Shown: positions 24,374 to 38,800 of the stretch, one piece after another | How the letters are laid out: every line of letters starts with the position of its first letter | How positions within the stretch are numbered: the stretch's first letter is position 1 | Position numbers and translations under genes: made by a program | Assembly (NCBI RefSeq): GCF_000143415.4 | Contig: NW_003314370.1 | Coordinates: 124,001-188,000, forward strand | Direction: 5' to 3' | Source of the DNA: Selaginella moellendorffii | Lineage: Eukaryota; Plantae; Lycopodiophyta | Length of the DNA: 64,000 nt | The notes under the pieces: generated by a model | Seen by the model: only the letters and a program-made list of their open reading frames with translations | The model's database searches: none | Told to the model about the DNA's origin: nothing

Positions 24374-24984
24374 TTACAAGAGCAACGCTACCGAGGCGAC
24401 GGCGAGAGCGGTGCCGACTTGTAGTCCAGATGCAGCAGAAGGCTCGTTGGTGGGAGTTGTAGGCGTGGTAGGAGTTGTCGGAGTCGTCGGAGTCGTCGGA
24501 GTAGTCGGAGTAGTCGGAGTAGTGGGAGGCGCAGGTGTAGTGGGAGTCGAAGGGGTCGACGCCGCAGTGATGGCCACCTTCATGCCTCCAGCACAGTGAC
24601 CAGCGACTGTGCAGATCACGTAAGTGGTTCCAGTGCCGACCGTGAGTCCTCCACCGTTTGCGACAGATCGGAGAGAGTTCGGCGTGCAGCTCGTCCAGTC
24701 GGCCTGCGAGACTACGTCGGCGGTGTGGCTTCCGACCCAGTTGAAAGCTGCCAAAGGTTCATTTTTTTAGCGAGAGGGGTGAGAAAGATCCGTTTTTTCA
24801 AGAGGAGGAGGAACTTACTGACAGTGTCTCCGGTGCGGACGGTGTTTGTTGTCGACCAGCTTGAGTAGTCGACTCCTTGGCTCCAGTCGATGCGAATGGT
24901 AGCAGACAGGACCGAGCAGTAAAGAGCCGCAAGGACAGTGAGGAGTAATGCTGCACTGCCGCTTCCCTGAGCAGTCGCAGCCAT
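24374..24984 (-). CDS. Phytocyanin with (TPT)n stalk and GPI signal
   Basis: Exon 1 24984-24819, exon 2 24747-24374; SHT...ICTVAGHCAGGMKV ligands; Thr-Pro repeats. Confidence 0.9.
24952..24972 (-). promoter_or_regulatory. miR408 target site in the signal-peptide coding region
   Basis: + strand tgcactgccgcttccctg matches remembered miR408 UGCACUGCCUCUUCCCUG at 17/18 nt; encodes AQGSGSA, the usual location in plantacyanins. Confidence 0.8.
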
Positions 24985-27900
24985 CTCTACAAGAAAGCAG
25001 GGATCTGAGCCGATTGATCTCCTGGATCCGAGAAGCAGAGGAGATGGAGAGGGGAGGAAGAGGAAAGTGTTGCTTTAAGAGGGGGCAAAGCACTCGCGGC
25101 GCTGGGTTAATAAATAAAGCACGAGTCCAGAAGGAACAGGGAAGCTGACGGGCCAGAGCGAAAGTGGGGTAGTCATGGGCCACTTTCAAAGCTTGGTTGG
25201 TGAGAGCGAGAGAGAGAGAGCGAAACTTTCTCGATCGAGCACCAAAAAGAAAAGAAAAAGGGGGGGCGAAACTGGGAGGGGAGCTTGACTGAAAGCTAGC
25301 GATGGAGTTAAGCGCGGGTTTGACGAGACGATTTGCAGAGAGGACGATGAAGCATGAGACGATTTCTTTCGCCGGATCGTAAGCTTGACGCGGTCTACAG
25401 TGGTGACTGGTGACGAGTTCTTCTCTGGAAGAAAAAAGAAAAGAGATGGAGTTATCTCGCGCCTGTCTTGTGTTAAGTCCTTGTGCATCTTCTTTCGTCA
25501 CTAAAGCGAGTTCTGTTACTTGTTTGCGCGTGTAGATGGATGGAAGAAGACGACACAACCTACTTATAACTCGGTGGAAGAAGGAGAAGGAAAGTTTAAA
25601 GAATGGAAGGGGCCGTGCTGCGAAGAAGTCTCTTTTTTGTCCGCTGGTGAGAGAGTGGGGTCTATGATCTCTTGCGATGCGATGCGAGAGAAGGCCGCTT
25701 CAATGGGATACATGTTTCTTTAGACATTCTTCTAGATTTTCAAACTTTTTTCGTACGGCTTAACAAGGAAAGAATCGAAGAACAAGGCTCTTGTCAATGG
25801 AGGCCAAAGACTGGTTGCCGTGCTGTGACTTATCAGGCTCTGGTTTTGTTTACTCTCATTTTGGTTCTGTCAACCTCTACGAAAAATATTGATCTAAACT
25901 AAAGAACGGAACTATTGTAGCTTGACAAGTTGATTGGAAAGGACCTGGAACCAACATTGGCGTTGATCATTTCTAGGTTGATATTTCAAGAGCAAAAAAA
26001 GATAAACAAAAAAAAAACCCTGTGCAACCAATGCGTGGTGTTTGACGTGCGCTTTTCTTTTCTCTTTTGAGTTAGTGGAGCTGAGCTTCAATAAGTCGGG
26101 ACACATGCCCTGTTGCGTTGTCATGCAAAGAGTAAAGATCAAAAGGATTTACTAAACAAGAAGTATGTAAACTTGCCTGTACGAGCTGTGGAGTATCCAA
26201 AAGATATGGATCTCTAACGTATAAAGACAATGAGAACGACATGGCAAGAGCAAAGTCTAGTCTCATTGTGATACCGATGCCTCACTATTGTTTTGTATAC
26301 TGAAGACAAATGTAAGAGAAGGGTAGGTTCTCCTTACATTCTACTTTGCTGGTCCCAACAGGAAGAACAGTCAAGAAGTGGATATGATTAGTTCTTCCAT
26401 CTCAAGATTCTCCGGTATTGCAATGCCAATTTGAAATTCCTTGCAAACACTTGATGGATTCTTGACAACTAAAATAAAATTTAACTACTTTAAGGAGAAC
26501 AAATATCAATATTATCATTGTAATTTCTTCAAATAATTTTGGAGTACCTGAATCTATAGTGGTTTAGAGAGAATTAAGTTATAACTTAGAGGAAGACAAA
26601 TTCAAACCATAAATTTTCCCTTCTTGCACATAATTAATATTCTCATCAATCAAAATGTTATGTCTCAATAAATATCTAACTTTTATGGGAAAAAATTTAA
26701 AGAATTTATTATGACTAAAGAAAATAGTATGGTCACTATTGCAAATAAAATTAATTAATTGGTGACAATGCATTAAAGGAATTTATCAAAATTATATGGA
26801 ACAACATAAATATTATAAACTAACTAGCTGGTAAAAAACATTAAAAAAAACTAAATTTTGTTGATGAAAATATGAACAAAAATTACTAAAAAACAAAAGT
26901 AAGAAAATAAAAATGAACTTTTTGTAGATTAGAATTATTTTATACAATTAAATAAAACTTAGAATGGTTATATTCTTTTTTATGGTTTTAAGTATTTCAA
27001 TACAGTTATAAATGAAGTATGAATTCTACATCTTAGATAAGAAAATTTAATATATAAAAATCTAATTTATACAAGATTTGTGATTGTTGATATGAGATTT
27101 GACTATAAATTTCTTCGAGCTTTTTATTTTTTGTAACTCATGAACTTTGACGTTCAAGTTAACTTTCATATCTTACAACCATTGGTGATATTAAGCATTA
27201 TCTAGGATAATTAATTATCCTTGTTAGTGGTTTTTCTTGGTTATTGTTAGTATTAAATGATTCACTGTTTTTAGGGATGGTGGATTAATCTCCAATAATG
27301 ATTATACATCTCTATTTATAAGATGATTGATGATCTCTAATGCTAGTTAGTTGTTCTTTTTTATAGCTTTTATCCTTTTGCATTATTATATATTTATTTA
27401 TGATTTGGTCTAGATTGGTCTTTTAGGTTTGAGATATTGGTAGAATGTTATTAATGCATGCTTGAGCAATTATAATTCCTTAGTATTATTAATCATGATC
27501 TATTCAAATTACCTAGTGTAATAATTAATATGAAAAAGTGTTTTGTTGCCTTTACAACATTCATTCTTTCATAATGATTATTATTCAATAGGTGTTGATA
27601 AATCAAAATATTAATTTTTTTAGGTGGCAAATTTGTAAGTATTTTTCTAGTTATTTGATGAGAATTTATATTATTTAGGCTGTTGTTTTTAAAAGTTATT
27701 AGGCATGCCTACAATATTTGGTATTTAAGCTCTATCATTGAGTTTTCTTGATAATATACATACTATTAAATGTTATTGAATGATTAATTCTATATTTGCA
27801 AACTCTAATGCTTTTAGTGGTTTCTATAATTTTGGTTTACTATATGATAATTTATTTGAAATATTTTTATATTCTAATATAAGTTTCTTCACTGATAATT

Positions 27901-28629
27901 TGATATCTTTAAGATATCTTTATCTATGACTTTGATCTTGTCCATCTATTGATATTTAAGTTTAGGTCAGTATAGGTAGATTGGCTTTGGCACTTTATAT
28001 GTATGGTGAAATCTTTAATTATGGGATAGTTATTATCGAGTGGTCACATCACACACCTCTCTCTCCATGTCTTTAATTTTTTTTAAAAGAGTGTAATTGT
28101 GTAAATAATTAAAATTGCATATTTATAGTAGTCTATTTAAATCTTATTGACAAGTTTGGTTTATTTGCTTAGAAGGATTAAGGCATTGAGCTTCTCTCTC
28201 TATATCACATATAGATAAGGGTATATCATCTTTTGTAAACTCAAATTAGCAAGAGTGGCTCACTCTATTGGTTATTTCTTTATCAGTGATGGTTGGAAGG
28301 TGTCTAAGTGGTAACACATTTGCATTAAATAGAAAAGTCATTCTCTAACTCATTTAATTTATTCAAATCTCAGCCCTATAATCATATATGCTACATTTAC
28401 CCCTTCTTTACAAATGTCAATATCCTCATTGACTATTAAGACTAGCTATTTTATATGAGACAATTAGCCATCCACCTGTACTACAATCCCACAATAGATA
28501 TCTTCATCCGTGAATGCCTAATATATATAATTTCAATTTTAGAGATAGAAGTATACCTTGCTTATATTATATTTTAAATAGCCACTAATCAATGGGAATC
28601 GAATCTGTACCATTTCTTTTTATATAACA

Positions 28630-28780
28630 TGTAGTGCACCTTATCTCTCTTCCTTTAAATCAATTGGAAAAAGGGCAATTGCAGAGCGCTAGTGGCTATT
28701 TTACCCTCATTTATCCCCCAAAATTCCAAAGATCCATAATAATAATATATCCATATCTCATCCCATACTAATATGCGCTA
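28630..28780. repeat. LTR fragment related to the insertion at 50037
   Basis: tgtag...cttatctct...caattggaaaa.ggg..aattg...tggctatttta...tttatccccca...gatcca...tctcatcccat is shared with 50037-50190. Confidence 0.7.
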
Positions 28781-29566
28781 TTAAAACAAATCCAACACCA
28801 TACTACTCAAAGAGTGATATCAAGATTCCTTAAAAAAAATTAAATATTGCAATCAAAGCTTTCTAATAAAAAACCTAAGTAAGATAGTGTAGTGCTTCAT
28901 TATTGACCATCCCACGAGTCACCACTTGTAAGACTATTATAACCAATATGCATTAAAATAGAAACTTTTATTTACATTATGTGAATACAAACAATGAGTC
29001 ACACCTCATTTCAAATCATCTTTTGGAGAAAAGAAAATGATTTATTGGTTTGATCCTTTGTTTCTAATGACTCTCTTTTCAGTCTTAACTTGACTAATTC
29101 TTAAACTTGCATTCACATTACCTTCAATCCAATCCAAAAAAAAGTGTATGAGAAAGTATGGCAATAACTATTTGGATTAGTACACTAATCCCTATTGTCT
29201 TAATTGATTCACTTATAATCATACATAGGAAGGATCCACTAGTGTTATACTAAATAGCTACAAATTAGCCTATTTGCCACTCATAATAAACCCAATAGAG
29301 GTTTATTTTTACTTATGGTAACATAGTAACAACTTAGGGTAACCATTGATAGCCTAACATTAATCCTGTTAACTCAAAGTATAATCTTAAGTTGGTAATA
29401 TGCCTCACTTACAAGCCTAAGCATAAACTCATGCAAATGGAACATCTTATGAGATGTATATAAAGCTATAGCAACAAAATATTTACCCACTCAAATCATC
29501 ATTAATGAAACTAGTTGCCCAATCCTATTGGGTAATACTCACTGAAATTTATATTCTAATACCAAA

Positions 29567-29840
29567 TGTAGCACACATGGTTTTCACCTTTATTCTTTGG
29601 TGATTTATTATAGGATGACCATGAATCAAACCCTTAGACTACATGTCTAAGAGCAGTGGAGAGGAACTCGAGTTTAAAGCCTTGGGCCATTGAATGAAGA
29701 GACGAAGCCAAACTTATAAGCATACAATTAAAGAGTAAAAGGATTGGAGCATGGTATAACTCTTGAGCGTTTAGCCTAAGGAGCACAAGGATAAGAGTAC
29801 GAAGTGACATAAGAACAATCCTAGAGTATTTAACATCCCA
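29567..29840 (-). mobile_element. Degenerate 5' LTR with adjacent tRNA-Met-type PBS
   Basis: ttctaatacca (29554-29564, decayed CTCTGATACCA) lies next to TGTAGC; similar to 30883-31209. Confidence 0.55.
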
Positions 29841-30882
29841 ATATTAAAATTAGTACACAAAATAAAGTCATATAGATTTTGGTATTATTTTAGCATAATA
29901 CAAGGATATGAATATTCCACCAACTAACATGGTATGGAGTTTGGGTTTAAACCCAAGCCAAATGCAAAGCAAGGATAAACATGCAAGTAGAGAGCTAATT
30001 TATGCCTTAATTTTGTCAGTCATATTTAATCTACTATCCCTACTATACTCACTATCTAACACTTGAACAAAAGGGAATGATAAAGGGTTCAACAATATTG
30101 ATTTCCTATCATTATAGAATAAAAGAAGAATATCTAAAAGGATACCCACAGTCACATTTGCAATAAATGTGTTGAAGAGTGTTGAGAATTATTATAAATA
30201 AACTCAGTAGAAGGAAGAAAATAAACCCAATCATTTTAATTATGAGAAATAAAGTATCAAAGATATTACTTAAAAGTTTAAATAATACATTTTGATTGCC
30301 CATTAATCTAAGGATGGTGCAAAGTAAACACCTTGCTTGTGATGTGAAGAAAAGAAACTGGCAATAAAAGTTACAAATAAATTGAGGCCTCAAATCACTA
30401 ACAATATCATTTATGAAGGGAGAAAATCTTTTTATAAAATAGTTTAGCCAGCTACTCCCCATTAATCATCTTGTGATATAGTAAGAAATAAATTATTTTA
30501 GAAAATTGATTAACCACAACCAAGATGTTGCTTAATCCTTAAGAAAATGGAAAATTAGTTAAAAAATTTATAATAATAGATTTCTAAGCCCTAGAGCAAG
30601 ATAAAGGGGTTGGAAAAGACTAGGTGAAGCATACTACAACATCTTACCCCCTTTCTTTAATTATTTAAAGGTTTTGGAATATTTGGGGTTAAACATTTTT
30701 ATGTTTGGGCTACATGACCTCCCAAGAAAATTAAATTTAAGAGTTTACATTAACCAAAGAGTGAAAGAACTAGAGTACAAAATGATTTTCAAGTGTACAG
30801 TCTAAAAACCAAAGAAATAGGAGTCAATGCTAGGACTAGCACTTAGACTATGCCTCAAGTTGGTCAGTTATGTTTGACCTAT

Positions 30883-31209
30883 TGTAACGCATGTGGTTTT
30901 GACCCTTTATCCTATGGTGATTTACTATAGGATAACACCATGAAACGGAACTTAAACCCTCTTTATGCCATGTGTTATATGCATATCCAAAGGACAGTGG
31001 TGCGGAACCCGAGGTTCAGGGCCTTGGGCCACTGAACAAAGGAATGGTGCCAAACTCCCAAGCATGGAGCCAAGGAGTGATAGAACCATATCATAGAGCA
31101 ACTCCCGAGCATACAGCCTAAAAAGCGAAGGGACATGAGCCCAGAGCAACTTGGAACAGTCCTAGAGTGACCAGCACCCCTATGCCAGGACCGGAGAGTA
31201 ACTCTAACA
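30883..31209. mobile_element. Solo-LTR-like copy (TGTAAC...TAACA)
   Basis: TG...CA ends, higher GC than flanks, homologous to 29567-29840; no TSD found. Confidence 0.55.
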
Positions 31210-34200
31210 TTTCAAAGATCAGTAAAAGTAAGTTTTAGTTATAAAGGATGACTTTATTCAAGTTATGGTAATCAATCATCAAATGAAATACTTGTCTTTC
31301 TTGGACACAAAAAAGATAAATGCATCAGTTATGCCAAATAAAACCTTTAAAAACATTCTCTTTTATATATTTATGTAATGCCTCCAACTTTGTTAGTAAA
31401 AAATTGTAAATACACCCAAATGCTGGTGATTTCCCTTCCACAAGATTGATGTAGTGGAAAATGTCAATTGTTTTCTTGTGGAAAACATTCTTAAATTCAG
31501 TATGTTTGAATGAAAAAGTGGATTTGATTTCAATAAATAGAGTTAATGCTAAATGAATAACAATTACGAAGATGGAATTAGTATTATAACAGCTGGTAAC
31601 GTAGAACTTATAAAAGAAATGTACAAATTTTAAATTATAAAAGCAAAAAAAGATACTTGGAGAAGGGAATAATTATCCAATTGACATTATGCCACTTTCA
31701 ACCTATTGTCAAGTTTATTAACTCAAAATAAAGAAAACTAAGAATGATAAATGTCTTTCGGATGGAATTAATATTGAATAAGATATTGCAATAAGTTTTA
31801 AATGTTCTTACCTACACCAACTCAATCTCATGTGTGATGAATCCAGAGAGGATTTATCAATAATCCACCACTTCACCATAAGTTGGATGTTGTAATAATT
31901 GAAGAAGAATGCCACAAAAAAGTGCAAACTTTTCATCAATGAAGTTTGTATTAGCATTGTTGTTATTTAAAACTTGAAAAAAGAATTTAAAATTTATCAA
32001 ATGAAACAAAAAAACTTGGAAATCTATGAAAGAGGAATAGAGCCAAAATAAATAAAAGAAGATAATTTGTATAGTTAAATAGCCCCTAATTAAACTAAAT
32101 GTTCTCATTTTTCATAAACAATGATATGGTAAGCACAAAAACAAGGATATTGCTTCCAAAAGTGGTTTGTATTGCCAATATATAAAGGTGGTTCTTGATT
32201 TGATATTATTGTTCAGCCTTGAAAAAGTGTTATTAGCATATAACTTCAATTTACATTTGAACTTTGCCTTGCTCATGTGGTGGTTGCTCCAAGATTGGGG
32301 CCATTGGACAAGGATTAAAGGTTTAATAATGAGGCTTTAATTGTCGTTCTTACAATTAATTATCATAACAAATAGCAAAATCAATGGTAGTTATGAAAGA
32401 TGTTAAATTTGGATAATAAAAGTATGAGATCATAAAGGCTAAGGTGAAGATATTGTTTAAGGGTTATATCATCACATAAAATATCAATAGTGACCATTTA
32501 AAACCCCAATACATAGGCAAATATAGATTTGAAGCTTTGGCACAATTGTAATAATTTATTGATGGGAGTACACTCTTGATCAGTATTATTTTGTGAAGAG
32601 CTAAATAAAAATATTGAAATTCTAAAGAACAAGATCACTCTTTTCAAAATGGGTAGGTAGTAAGATGAAATTTAATTAGGCTAACACAAAAAAGTTAGAG
32701 TGGGGTATTAACCAAGTTACATAGCAATTCAAAGCCTAACTTAGTTAAAAAATCCATAGAACTCAGACTATATACTATTAAACTTTATTGGGATACTAAT
32801 TTTTAGCTCTAAATTAAAAAGTCACTATTAGTGCTAAATAATTTGTTAGAGCTGTAAATAAAGTGTTGTATAAGATTACTTTAATACTTTATATTAAGAT
32901 CTAACTGGAGTTGAAGAAGATGATCTAAAGAAGCCATTGATATTAGAGTGTTTAAATTGTCAGGAGCTTGTTATTGAGAGAAATACAATAAAACTACTAA
33001 AATATTAAATAATGAATGCAAAAAAAAAGAATTTATATTGAACACTTTAAATATAAAATCCTCAAAATTGTTGAAACCAATCTTAGACAATTTAGAAATC
33101 TAACTTAATGTCTATTCATAAGTATAGTAAATTTTGAATTCAAATCCCATGAGTAAAGGTTTGGGGCTTGATTTTTATTGTGGTTGAATATATTCCTTAA
33201 TAAATTCAAAGAGATAGCAACTATATGACATGATCTTTGTAATTTATTTCAATTAAATATTTTTTATATTAATTATTTTTTAAAGTTTAGAGTTTATTAT
33301 TTATTTATAATTTTTTATGCAAACTGACACTTAGATTATTATTAAATATTCTATATTCATTTAGATTAATTCCTTCAAAACTTTTCCACCACTACCACCA
33401 CCTTATGCTTCTCGAAAATTGTCCTAGAGCCTCCACAAGAAAAACAAGGTCAAAATAATCATATAAGTCTTACCATATATCTAATAGAATAGCTTTGACT
33501 CCCTTATAACAAACATGACCCAATCTCTTTCTTTGCATCATTTATATGGATCGAGTATAGATACAACTAAAAGTCAAATAAATCAAAATATCTTCACTGC
33601 TTTTTCTATCTCCAAATATAGAATGGAACCAGCAAAAACTTTTCTCTGATAAGAATCTAGACAAAATGAAGAGCAAGATGAACAGCTCCTGGCATCATGG
33701 TACACGAAAGTTTCCTTCCAGCTCCATTCCTTGTAGGTCAGATTCCCTCTTCTTGACAATCACGTGCTTCCCATGTTAACTGGCATGGAGCCAATCTTGG
33801 AAGTCATGTCACAACCCTTTCATCATCACCTGCTCACCAAGAGGATAAACAAAGCTTTGTGTTCACATCTGTGAGCAAAACAAGAAACTGTGTCTTGAGT
33901 GATTTTAGAAATGAACCTGGTAATCAACAATAAAACTTACCTCCAAAACTCACCCTCCATGCTCTTGCACAGTTCAGAGTCCAGAAGATGCTGGCAATCA
34001 AAGACGGTGAGATTCCTAGGCATTTACAGCTTATATTGGCAATTAAGATTCTTAAACCAGAGTTATTAATAAACAACATAAAAATCAAAACAGCATAAAG
34101 AATAAAACAAAGAATAAAAGAATTTAAAAGGAAATGCCATGTATGTGGGAGAAAACTGGAGATCCCTGGACATCTTTGGTGATGCACATTGATGAAGTTC

Positions 34201-34796
34201 TACAATCAGCTAGTGGCGACAAGACAGTGAGATTGCCGCAACTTGTGTGCCCCAGAGAGGTGTGGGATTTAAAGCCATAATGCCTTAATGGTTGGGAGGT
34301 TGGCCTAGGGTTCACTCTTTGTTTGTTTCAGTGAGATTGCTGAAAATCAGGATCTTGGTTTTCACCTTGTTAATTGTGAGTCTCTTGTAATTGCAAAACA
34401 CTGCGAAACACTGCCAATGTGTCCAAGCTGCCGTTGCCGGGGAGGTTGCGAGTTAGACAGTCAATCAAATCATAAATTCCATAAAAACAAGTTTCAAGAT
34501 GCTTTTGCAGAAATTTCCCCGATTAAGTGACATAGTTTGACGGGGACTGACGGGCACTGACGGGCCGTGGCCGCATAGACCAATACCGACCTCTATGCCA
34601 ATCAATCAATATCAGTCCAGTTCTTAGGGTTTTGTAAGGCGCCGGGGACGTGCGTGCTACGGCAGCGCGCGAGCGAGGGCGAGCCATGGCGGGCTTGTGA
34701 CAACAGCATGCTCGTTGCGGGTGCTGCCGCCGCCGCCGCCGCTCTTAGATCTTCTCACGACGAATTCGCGTTCTTGCAAGGTAGGGTAAGGAGAAA

Positions 34797-35593
34797 ATGC
34801 TGTCCTCGGCGCAGTTGCGGCTCATGTCCGACCTCAAAGCGATCCAACAGGAGCCGCCGGAGGTATGATTGTAGCTGATGGAATTGGATTGATCTCTTCT
34901 TCGAGCAGGGATGTAGCGCGAGCCCTCAAGGCGAAGAGAATCTCTTTGTGTGGGGAGCGACGGTGTTTGGGCCGGATGAAACCCCGTGGGAAGGTACTTA
35001 TGAGAATTTCTCTTTCCCTTTTTCTTTTTTTCCCTTTCTTTACGTTTGATGGAATCAAATCTCGCAGGAGCGATCTTGCCACTTCGTCTCACGTTTGGCG
35101 AGCACTATCCGGCAAAGCCACCGCGCGTAAGATTCACGTCGGAAGTTTTCCATCCCAATGGTAAGTCTGACGGATTTTCGCGAACGTTAGTTTTCCATTC
35201 TTTTTAAAACGCTTTGATCCTCCAGTCTACAGTGATGGCGCTCTTTGTATGGATATCATCCAGGACGCTTGGTCTCCCTGCCATAACGTGAGCACGATTC
35301 TCACTTCCATTCAGGTAAAGTTCTCTTTTTGCAGGCTTGTTCTTCCAGTTTTGTTCTAACAATGGTGTTCTTCGTGCTATGTTGTGCCAGTCACTTCTTA
35401 CTGATCCAAATCCCGCGAGTCCAGCGAATCCGGAAGCTGCTCATATGTATCAAAACGATCTCCAAGCATACAACAGGTAGAAATCGTGATGTTTCTTTCG
35501 TGGTTTTGGCTTTGGCTTTGGTCTCTGATCGATGGTTGTGAATTCCATTCCAGGAGAGTTCGCCAGTGCGTGAGAAAATCCCTGGAAATATAG
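34797..35593 (+). CDS. Ubiquitin-conjugating enzyme E2, RAD6/UBC2-like (6 exons)
   Basis: Spliced MLSSAQLRLMSDLKAIQQEPPEGCSASP...GPDETPWEG...YPAKPPRVRF...[22 protein letters not shown]...DPNPASPANPEAA; active-site Cys present. Confidence 0.9.
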
Positions 35594-35894
35594 TGGCATG
35601 GCTTGCAACAAGAAAGAAATATAATCTCTTTACCTGTGGTGTACCTATTAGCTTCGAAATACTCAAAACTATTAACGTGAACCAGCTCTCGTGTGTGTTC
35701 CCGCGTGTCGGTGGTCCGGCTAGGGTTCCACGCGTCGAGCGTGATGGCGCTGCGATATCTCTTAACTCTCAGGTACTTCATGGCGCCCTGGAGGATCTAT
35801 CCCCTGTTTCTGGCATGGATTCTCATGCGGCACCGGCAATTTCAATGTTCTTGAGCAGCCAGTGGTAGGATTTGACATCTATCGTCCACTCGCG

Positions 35895-38800
35895 ATGGAT
35901 ATTTCGATCGGAATGTGGTCGGCAGTGCCAATCCATGAGGGATTTCGGGCTCATCGGAGATTTCTGGCATCCAAGCTTTTATCGAGGGGATTTCTTCTTC
36001 GCAAGACGGCATGCATGAGTGCTGGGCCGATGGACATCTTCTCCCTGGTGGAATTCGATGTGAGGAGCAGCTTAAACAGCTTGCAAGAGTTCCTTATGGC
36101 AATGCCGAGCACATCGGCGATGGGATTCCTGGCGATAGCTCTCACAGCAGTGGCTGGAACTTCGATTGCTGGCAGCAAATCAAACAAACCAGGCAGCAGC
36201 GGAGAAAGAAAAATTCCAGCGAACAAGCTGTCGGAATACTGGCTCCTCACTCTCAATCCATCGCCTTTCAACAGATTTGTGGTGGCAAGGTGGCCGTCGA
36301 TCATTTTCGATTCGAGTTCTCCAGACGACTCTTATGAGAAGATGGAACTTTCGAGCCACCAGGTAGTGTCGGTTCGAAGCGAAAGCTTGCAAGGCAACAA
36401 GGATGGCAGGAAGACGCTGGAGTATCAACGAAAATGTATATGGACTGAGGATGGTGGAAGTCTTGCTCTCGACTGGCCGGCTTATCTCGATCTGGACGGT
36501 GATCACGGTCTCGACACCACCTTGCTGCTCATTCCCGGGACGTTCAAAGGAAGCGAAGACGAGGCGGTCAAGATTTTCGCTCAAGAAGCCTTACAAAGCG
36601 GATACTTTTCTGTGGTTCTGAATCCCAGAGGATGTGGAAACTCGCCGCTTACAACACCGAGGTATGTTTGTGAAGTTAACGTCCAACCATTCTTTTCTAT
36701 ATTTCTGTCTCTTCGTGCAGGATTTTCTCTGCTGGTGACAGTGACGATGTACGCACAGCAGTGTCCTATATTGCTCGGTGCAGGCCGTGGACAACGTTCC
36801 TAGGAATTGGATGGGGTTTCGGTGCAAATATGCTGGCTAAATATCTTGGAGAGGAGAACTTGACACCTCTTACAGCGGCAGTCTGTATCAATAACCCGTT
36901 TGATCTGGACGAGGCTACGAAATACATGAAGCGGAATCGTGCTGCTGGTCTTGACAGGGAGCTGACTGATGGTCTCGTTCAAATACTACAGTCGAACAAG
37001 GTACTTCATGAGAAGAAAGATTGTTTGCTTCAATACTGGTTTCTAGTTTCTTTTCCAAGGACAAGCAAACATGGACATAACTGGTGGTCTCGCAGCTACG
37101 TCTGTAAGGGAGTTCGAGGCTGCCGTTTCGTGCCCAGCAAGGGGATTTAAGTCTTTGGAAAGCTATTACAGGAGTTCAAGCAGTCGTAATGTTATCGATG
37201 GAATTCAAACTCCTTTGCTCTGCATTCAGGTTTGTGTCACTTTTGACGTTGTAACTATCAAAGTAGCCAACTGTTCTGTGAATGTAGGATAGTACTGCGG
37301 CTCCACCGTTGTCCATTCCACAAAATGCATTTGAAGAGAATCCTTTCACGACGCTACTGTACTCGCCAAACGACGGCTACAACTTCAAAATAGTGTTAGA
37401 GGTAAACTTACTTTATACGTAAGACTTCTAATCATCTTTCTTTTCCATCCAGTGGCTTGCTGCTGTGGAGATAGCATTGCTGAAAGGTCGTCATCCGTTA
37501 CTTCGTGGAATAGATTTGGCAATAAAGCCTTCCAAAGGGTGGAGTACGAACTTGACTACAGGTTTACTCGAGGAAGGAAATGAGTACATAACGTTGGAGT
37601 CAAAGGAAGACTTCTGGGCACCTAATGAAGGGACTGAAGGGATTGAACATAAAGAAGGGACTGAATCTCAAGTGTCAGAAGTGAAAAGTCAGCAGAATGA
37701 AAGTCAGCAGAATGAAGAGACAGAGCAAGGTCAAGCAAAACAAGCTGCTCAAACAGTCTTCAGCGCTTTGGATATGGCAATGCCAGGAACATTATCTCCC
37801 GAAATTAAAGAACAGGTTCTCTTTTAATTTTTCTCGGTTTTTTTCTAGCTAAAGCTCTTGTCAAGACAGGTATTGGATGCTGTTGGAAGGGGTGAGACTG
37901 TAATCACAGCGTTGCAAAATGCTGTTCCTGAAGATGTGCGTGGAAAGATGGCTGCTGCTGTCTCTGCTGCAGTACAAACTCGCGGTATAAGTTTAAAGCT
38001 CGTTGGTTTTGGAGATTCCGTGCCGGCTCCAACTTTGCCGAAGGGGGACACGCAAAGTACCCCTCCTGCTCCAACCGGTGGCTCGGATGGAGAAGGCAAA
38101 TCCGAGACAACAAAAGAATCCGATCCAACGAGAAACACAGAATCTGATGCAACAAAAGGCGCAGAACCGGCAGTTCTTCCAGGAGGAAAGCAAGAACAGC
38201 CTAGTGCTTCAGACGAAAAAGGAGATACTGAGGAGAACAAAGATGCAGAAGCTGCAGTCCAAAATCAAAAGCGGCATGAAAATACGTCCGATCCACCAAA
38301 GCCAGAAACAGATGTATCAAGCCGGAATCCTGAAAACACTCCAGCCGCTCAGCAAACAAACTCGTCCATCAACGTCCAACAGGCATTTCAAGCATTTTCT
38401 GGTTTTGATGATTCTACGCAAATGGCTGTCAACAATGTGTTTGGATTACTCGAAGGGATGCTCGATCAAATTGAAAGAGGGAATGGAAACGAAGCGCCTC
38501 AGGCACAAGGAAACAGCAAGGGTGATACAGAAACAAAATCAGGAAACTTGAAGGAGGGGGAGCTGATCTTTCAGTCGTCAGCAAGCTTCCCTTTAGAGAC
38601 TTCCTCCAGGTCCGAGTATAAAAAACCAGAAGTAGCAAACGTGGCAGCAGTTACGAAGAGCACAACTACACTAGAAGAGGTGGATGAGGTGAAAGATGTC
38701 CACACCAGACTAAAGAAAACGAAGATTTCGGGATTTGTTTTGCACGACTCCAAAGGTTCCGACGGGAATGATGGTTTTTCAGAGGAACATTTGGCCCAAG

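Larger units (their letters stand above)
26450..33600. mobile_element. AT-rich block of decayed, nested transposon (mainly LTR retrotransposon) remnants
   Basis: Sharp GC drop, CpG depletion, no long ORFs; several PPT+TG junctions on the - strand (about 28045, 28395, 30640); a tRNA-Met-type PBS relic; repeats shared with elsewhere in the window. Confidence 0.65.

Noticed and set aside
24450-24560. 9-bp tandem repeat array
   Set aside because: It encodes the Thr-Pro-Thr stalk of the phytocyanin; not a CRISPR or satellite.
28282-28330. tRNA A-box-like gtctaagtggtaa (tRNA, SINE or Cassandra-like)
   Set aside because: No cloverleaf or B-box; lies in decayed LTR debris.
34190-34240. SASGDKTVRL, WD40-like fragment
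   Set aside because: Eleven residues with no supporting frame; at best a captured scrap.
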